A DNA stretch of 64,000 nucleotides from Nitrosopumilus sp. (GTDB taxonomy: Archaea; Thermoproteota; Nitrososphaeria; Nitrososphaerales; Nitrosopumilaceae). A program made the position numbers and the translations under genes. Location of the stretch: positions 1,280,001-1,344,000 of the forward strand of contig OZ242041.1 of NCBI GenBank assembly GCA_965205215.1. The letters are read 5' to 3'. Below are positions 59,494-64,000 of this stretch, piece after piece; position 1 is the stretch's first letter, and each line of letters opens with the position of its first letter. The notes under the pieces are model-generated. The model did not search any database, had not been told where the DNA came from, and worked only from the letters and a program-made list of their open reading frames with translations.

Positions 59494-61022
59494 TGGCGCG
59501 CAAAGCGTACGGCTCGCAGAGGCGGCGCGCCGCACGCGGCAGCGGCCATGCCGGCGGCGGAGGCGCCGCGGATGCCTCCGACGACAGCAGCGGCCGCGCC
59601 AAAAGCTCTGGACTTGAGGCCGCCCTGTCTGGGGTTGCCGCCGACACCGAGAGGATGGTCCTGGACCTTCAACAGATGATCAGGCAGCCGAGCGTCTCTG
59701 CGAGGGGCGAGGGACTCGAGGAGTGCGCCCTCCTGCTGAACTCGATGCTTGAGGACGCGGGACTCGATTCCGAGGTGCTGTACCTGAAACCGGGCGGAGG
59801 GCGCGCGTCCGGGACTCGCGCCGGGCCACCATCGTCGCCGCCGCCGCCGCCGGTGGTGTATGCTGAGAGGCGCTCGGAGTCGAACCCGGGCAAGACCCTC
59901 CTGTTCTACAATCACTATGACGTGCAGCCCGAGGAGCCTGTCGAGCTGTGGCGGTACGGCCCGTTTGACGCAGTCCGGCGTGGAAACCGGGTGTACGGGC
60001 GCGGCGCGATAGACGACAAGGGCGAGATTGCCGCGAGAATCCAGGCGGTGGGCTCGTACATCCGGGAGACCGGGGACGTGCCGTGCAACATAAAGTTCGT
60101 CATAGAGGGGGAGGAGGAGATTGGCAGCGGGCACCTTCCGCGGTATCTGTCACGGTACCGCAGGAAGTTTGCGTGCGACGGCGTCATATGGGAGTTTGGA
60201 TACGTGGACCCGCGCGGCCGCCCCGTAGTCGGGTTGGGCATGAAGGGGCTCATGTTCGTCGAGTTGACGGCCAGGGGGCCTGCCAGGGACGCGCACTCCA
60301 GCTTGGCGGTCCTGATAAAGAACCCCGCGTGGCGCATAGTCGAGGCGCTGAACACCATGCGCCGGGCTGACGGCCGCATCACCATACCGGGATGGTACGA
60401 CGACGTCCGGAGGCTCACTGCCCGCGACGTCCGGCTGCTTGAGGCCGAGGAGTTTGACGAGGCGTCCTTCAGGAGGGAGTACGGCGTGGACGGCTTTGTT
60501 GGGGGATTGCGTGGGCTCGGGGCCAAAAAGGCGCTTGCAGGCGCGGCCACCTGCAATATTGCGGGCATATCGTCAGGCTATTCGGGCAGCGGCGCCAAGA
60601 CCGTGCTGCCCGCAGTTGCGGTTGCAAAGCTTGACTTTAGGCTGGTGCCGGACATGGTGCCCTCAAGGCAGTTCGGCCTCATAACAAGGCATCTGGAGGC
60701 AAACGGCTTTGCAGACGTGCGGGCCCGGATGCTTCACGGCGAGGCGGCCGCGCGGACGGACCCGTCGGAGCAGTTTGTACGGCACGTGCGCGACGCCGCG
60801 TCGGCATCGTTTGGCTCCGAGCCCGTGGTGTGCATATCAAACCCCGCCACGGGGCCCATGCACGCCTTCCAGAAGGCGCTGGGGGCCCCGTGCGTCTCGG
60901 TGGGCGGCACGTACGTGTTCTCTAAGATCCACTCGCCAAACGAGTTTGCGCGCATAGATCTGCTCAAAAAGACCGCCGCCTGCATGTGCCGGATAATGGA
61001 CGTGTTCGGCAGGCAGAGCTGA
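59493..61022 (+). CDS. M20/M25/M40 family metallopeptidase
   Basis: YNHYDVQP, GRGAIDDKG, EGEEEIGS, DAHS, IHSPNE. Confidence 0.92.
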   Translation: MARKAYGSQRRRAARGSGHAGGGGAADASDDSSGRAKSSGLEAALSGVAADTERMVLDLQQMIRQPSVSARGEGLEECALLLNSMLEDAGLDSEVLYLKPGGGRASGTRAGPPSSPPPPPVVYAERRSESNPGKTLLFYNHYDVQPEEPVELWRYGPFDAVRRGNRVYGRGAIDDKGEIAARIQAVGSYIRETGDVPCNIKFVIEGEEEIGSGHLPRYLSRYRRKFACDGVIWEFGYVDPRGRPVVGLGMKGLMFVELTARGPARDAHSSLAVLIKNPAWRIVEALNTMRRADGRITIPGWYDDVRRLTARDVRLLEAEEFDEASFRREYGVDGFVGGLRGLGAKKALAGAATCNIAGISSGYSGSGAKTVLPAVAVAKLDFRLVPDMVPSRQFGLITRHLEANGFADVRARMLHGEAAARTDPSEQFVRHVRDAASASFGSEPVVCISNPATGPMHAFQKALGAPCVSVGGTYVFSKIHSPNEFARIDLLKKTAACMCRIMDVFGRQS

Positions 61023-61068
61023 CCGACGCGCGTAGGTGAAAGGCTGCAGCCGCCCGGGCGGCCCGCGT

Positions 61069-61485
61069 CTAGTGCAGTATCCTCGGAATGCGCCTTGCGG
61101 CCTGGGCTATTGCAATCCTTCCGGGGCCTGCAACCATTATGAGCAGCGATGCGGCAAGCAGTATGACGTCGAACTCGACCCCGCCGTCGCCCGTCATGCT
61201 CTGGGCCCCCTTTACGTGGAATATGGCGCCCACCATTACGATCGCCAGCAGCGCCCCGGAGAACCTGCTGAGCACGCCTATTATGAGCAGTATGCCCGGC
61301 ACGACCTCTGCCAGAGCTATCGGGATCTGCAGCTCCGGGGGAAGCCCCATGTTTGGCAGCGCGTTTGCAAACCCGGGGTTGAACTTGCCCATCCCGTGCA
61401 GTATGAATATCACTCCCACGGACGCCCTTACGCCCATGAACACGGCATCATTGAGTATTCCGTCCTTGATCTCAGCTGTTCCCAT
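61069..61485 (-). CDS. DoxX family membrane protein
   Basis: R..VG..FI.HG..K, AE...G..L..G...R, G.EF, GPG. Confidence 0.88.
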   Translation of the reverse strand: MGTAEIKDGILNDAVFMGVRASVGVIFILHGMGKFNPGFANALPNMGLPPELQIPIALAEVVPGILLIIGVLSRFSGALLAIVMVGAIFHVKGAQSMTGDGGVEFDVILLAASLLIMVAGPGRIAIAQAARRIPRILH

Positions 61486-61607
61486 GATGTGTGACGTGCC
61501 TGCTAGCTATAAAAACCTGATTGACGAGAGCTTGGATGTCTTGACGGGGGCGCACGCGCAAGTGATTTTAGTAAACCCTTTAATTATGAACCCAAAGTGC
61601 AGAATAC

Positions 61608-62249
61608 ATGTCAATGTACATGCCTGGCGCGACTGCCGTCGGCGTGACGTTTGAGGGCGGCGTGGTGCTTGCAAGCGAGCGCAGGGTTGCATTTGGTAAC
61701 TTTCTCGTAAGCAAGTCCACCAAGAAGACCTTTGAGATCACGCCCCGGGTCGGGGCCGCGTGCGCCGGCCTTGTGGCCGACATGCAGATCCTGTCCCTGC
61801 AGATTTCCGCCCTTGCAAAAATCCGCAAGATGGAGCTCAAGCGGGACATCCCGACCAATACAATTGCCAAGATGATGTCAAACATGATGTACGAGCGTAG
61901 GTATTTCCCGCTGCTCACGCAGGTTATAGTAGGCGGCGTGGTTGGCAAGCCCGTGCTGTACACGCTTGATCCGCTGGGCTCGGTACTGCCCGATGACTAT
62001 GCGGCCGTCGGAACGGGGGCCGAGATGGCGCTCGGCGTGCTCGACCCGCAGTTCAAGCCCAACATGTCAAGGGACGAGGCCGTGTCGCTTGCCAAAAAGG
62101 CCGTTGCCTCTGCGTCCATGCGCGATGCTGCGAGCGGCGACGGCACGGACATCATGGTAATAACGGGTGAAAAGATAGAGACGCTATCCGAGGGCGCTAA
62201 TCTTGCCGCCGCTACCGCCGCCGCCGGTAGTGGCACCGCGACTGTATAG
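61608..62249 (+). CDS. psmB: Proteasome beta subunit
   Basis: AVG....GVVLASERR, AGLVADMQ, LDPLGS, GTGA..A.GVL, RDAASGDG. Confidence 0.92.
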   Translation: MSMYMPGATAVGVTFEGGVVLASERRVAFGNFLVSKSTKKTFEITPRVGAACAGLVADMQILSLQISALAKIRKMELKRDIPTNTIAKMMSNMMYERRYFPLLTQVIVGGVVGKPVLYTLDPLGSVLPDDYAAVGTGAEMALGVLDPQFKPNMSRDEAVSLAKKAVASASMRDAASGDGTDIMVITGEKIETLSEGANLAAATAAAGSGTATV

Positions 62250-62377
62250 TGCCCCTTTGGGCGCAAAAGGCGGCCCGAGATCGGGTGCAGGGCAATTATG
62301 TAATGACGGAGGGGGCGCCGGCGCGGGCCATCGCTGCAGGCTTGGTAAAGTACGTCTTGCTCCCCATGGGCCCGGCG

Positions 62378-62872
62378 TCACTGCTCGCGTATCTCCTTTG
62401 CGGCCTCCCACACCGCGTCTGATACGTAGTGGAGGTTCTTTAGCACCTCTCCCTTCTCGGCGGCCTCGGCGTCACTGCTTGACGCTGTCGCCACCCCGAC
62501 TGCCAGATACTTGCCCTGCGACTCGTCGCGTATGCAGACGATGTCACCTTTCTCAAACTCCCCGAACTCGGTGATTCCGGGCCTCATCAGGTTGGCCCCC
62601 TTGCATACGAACCGCACGGCCCCCATGTCGACTACGACATGCGGGAATCTCTCAAGCAGTACGGTCTCCGTGAGGAGGGGCAGGTAGCGGCCGTCCCTGG
62701 TCCTTGCGATCCTGGTGCCGGGGCCCGTGACTATCTGGGAGCCGTCTTCAAGCGCGTGCACCCTGAGGTTCTTTATCTTGGGTACGGGTGCAAAAGCGCC
62801 CTTCCACTCGGCCGATATCCTGTCCAGTATCGCCGCCGTCTCGCTTTTTGATACGAGGTTCGACCTTTTCAA
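62378..62872 (-). CDS. PUA-domain RNA-binding protein
   Basis: VVVDMGAV.FVC.GAN.MRPGI...LHYVSD. Confidence 0.88.
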   Translation of the reverse strand: MKRSNLVSKSETAAILDRISAEWKGAFAPVPKIKNLRVHALEDGSQIVTGPGTRIARTRDGRYLPLLTETVLLERFPHVVVDMGAVRFVCKGANLMRPGITEFGEFEKGDIVCIRDESQGKYLAVGVATASSSDAEAAEKGEVLKNLHYVSDAVWEAAKEIREQ

Positions 62873-63924
62873 CCGTACGCCCCCGAGGTGATGCCCTGCC
62901 TTATGTACAGCAGGTCCCGGAGTATGGCGCTTGCAGTCTCCGTCCCGCCGGCGCCGCGCCCTATTATGGTCTGAGTCCCCGAGTGCTCCGACGTGAACGA
63001 TATCGCGTTCAGCGTGCCGTTTACGCAGAGCGGATCGTCCCTTGGTATGGCAACGGGCGCCACCGTCAGCGCGTCGTTGCCGCAGGCGGCCGTCATCTTT
63101 ACGACCCTGTTCTTCTTTGCGGCCTTTTTGATGTCTGCTGATGTGACGCCGCGGATTCCGGTGCAGTTCACGTCCGGCATGGTAACCTTCATGCCCATGA
63201 CCCAGTTTGCAAGTATGACCAGCTTTGCGGCCGCGTCCAGGCCGTCCAGATCAAGCGACTCGTCGGCCTCCACGTACCCTTTGCTGCGCGCGTCCTGCAG
63301 CGCGGCCTTTGGCGACATGCCTTCTGCCATTGCAGAGAGTATGTAGTTCGTGGTGCCGTTGAGTATGCCGCTAAATGAGGTTATGCGCTCCCCGCTCAGG
63401 CTGTTCTTTGCATAGTCGAGTATCGGGGTCCCGCCTCCCACAGTCCCGCTGAACCTGAACATTACGCGGTTGTACGCGGCGAGCTCGTTTAGAGACGGAA
63501 ACGCGAGCGCGAGGGGGCCCTTGTTGACCGAGACTACATGCATGCGCCTCTTCATTGCGTCCGTAATGTTGGACATGCCGGGTTCGGCGTCCTTGTAATT
63601 GCTCGGGGTGGTCTCCACAAGCACGTCCGCGCCGGATACGGCCTCGGACATCTCCGCGACGGTGGGACTGCCGCTGTCCGGAGCACCTCCGCTTCTGCCA
63701 CTGGAACCGTCGCCGTACGCCGCGACCGTCCCCTTCTGCTCCTTTGCTCTGACGAGCCTCGCGCAGTCTAGGCCCGTCGTGTCGTATGCCATGCCGCCTT
63801 TGTCAGATACCGCCACTATGCGCGGCTTTAACCCATATCCGATGTACAGGTCGTCGGCCCTTGACTCGAACAGTCTGGCAAGGCTCTGCCCTACCACGCC
63901 AAACCCGCACAGTATTATCCTCGT
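62869..63924 (-). CDS. hom: Homoserine dehydrogenase
   Basis: RIILCGFGVVGQ, HVVSVNKGPL, VGGGTP, GILNGTTNYIL, GYVEAD, GRGAGG.ETASA. Apparent ACG start at 63924. Confidence 0.93.
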   Translation of the reverse strand, partial: TRIILCGFGVVGQSLARLFESRADDLYIGYGLKPRIVAVSDKGGMAYDTTGLDCARLVRAKEQKGTVAAYGDGSSGRSGGAPDSGSPTVAEMSEAVSGADVLVETTPSNYKDAEPGMSNITDAMKRRMHVVSVNKGPLALAFPSLNELAAYNRVMFRFSGTVGGGTPILDYAKNSLSGERITSFSGILNGTTNYILSAMAEGMSPKAALQDARSKGYVEADESLDLDGLDAAAKLVILANWVMGMKVTMPDVNCTGIRGVTSADIKKAAKKNRVVKMTAACGNDALTVAPVAIPRDDPLCVNGTLNAISFTSEHSGTQTIIGRGAGGTETASAILRDLLYIRQGITSGAYG

Positions 63925-64000
63925 GACGTGTCACCTGTCCCCGGCGCGGCGCAAACCACTGCATTCCGAGCACGCATTACGGGCCACTGCGCATGTCCTG

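Overview
GC-rich archaeal DNA whose gene content and protein sequences point to an ammonia-oxidising thaumarchaeote (Nitrosopumilaceae, Cenarchaeum-like; inferred). Most of the window is core genome: uvrB-uvrA-uvrC, citrate synthase, an ESCRT/Cdv locus, carAB, ilvB-ilvN-leuA-leuB, aspS, udg/mpg, tldD, PINA ATPase, trm61, a proteasome beta subunit and hom. One accessory stretch (about 41.2-47.8 kb) holds a secreted 10-repeat Cache-domain protein, a probable transposase remnant and a frameshifted gene. The strongest observation is a 21-nt insertion with an in-frame TGA inside the conserved GE|FDY motif of carB. It folds as a bulge-helix-bulge whose canonical cut sites restore the motif exactly, so it is probably a tRNA-type (EndA-spliced) intron in an mRNA. 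Also notable: three conserved genes that seem to need CTG or ACG starts behind AGGTGA ribosome-binding sites, a Zn-finger::LsrF fusion, a pore-less voltage-sensor-like protein, two small genes missed by the ORF track, and many low-complexity insertions in housekeeping proteins. No rRNA, tRNA or CRISPR array was recognised. All family assignments come from motif recognition by eye; no database was searched.
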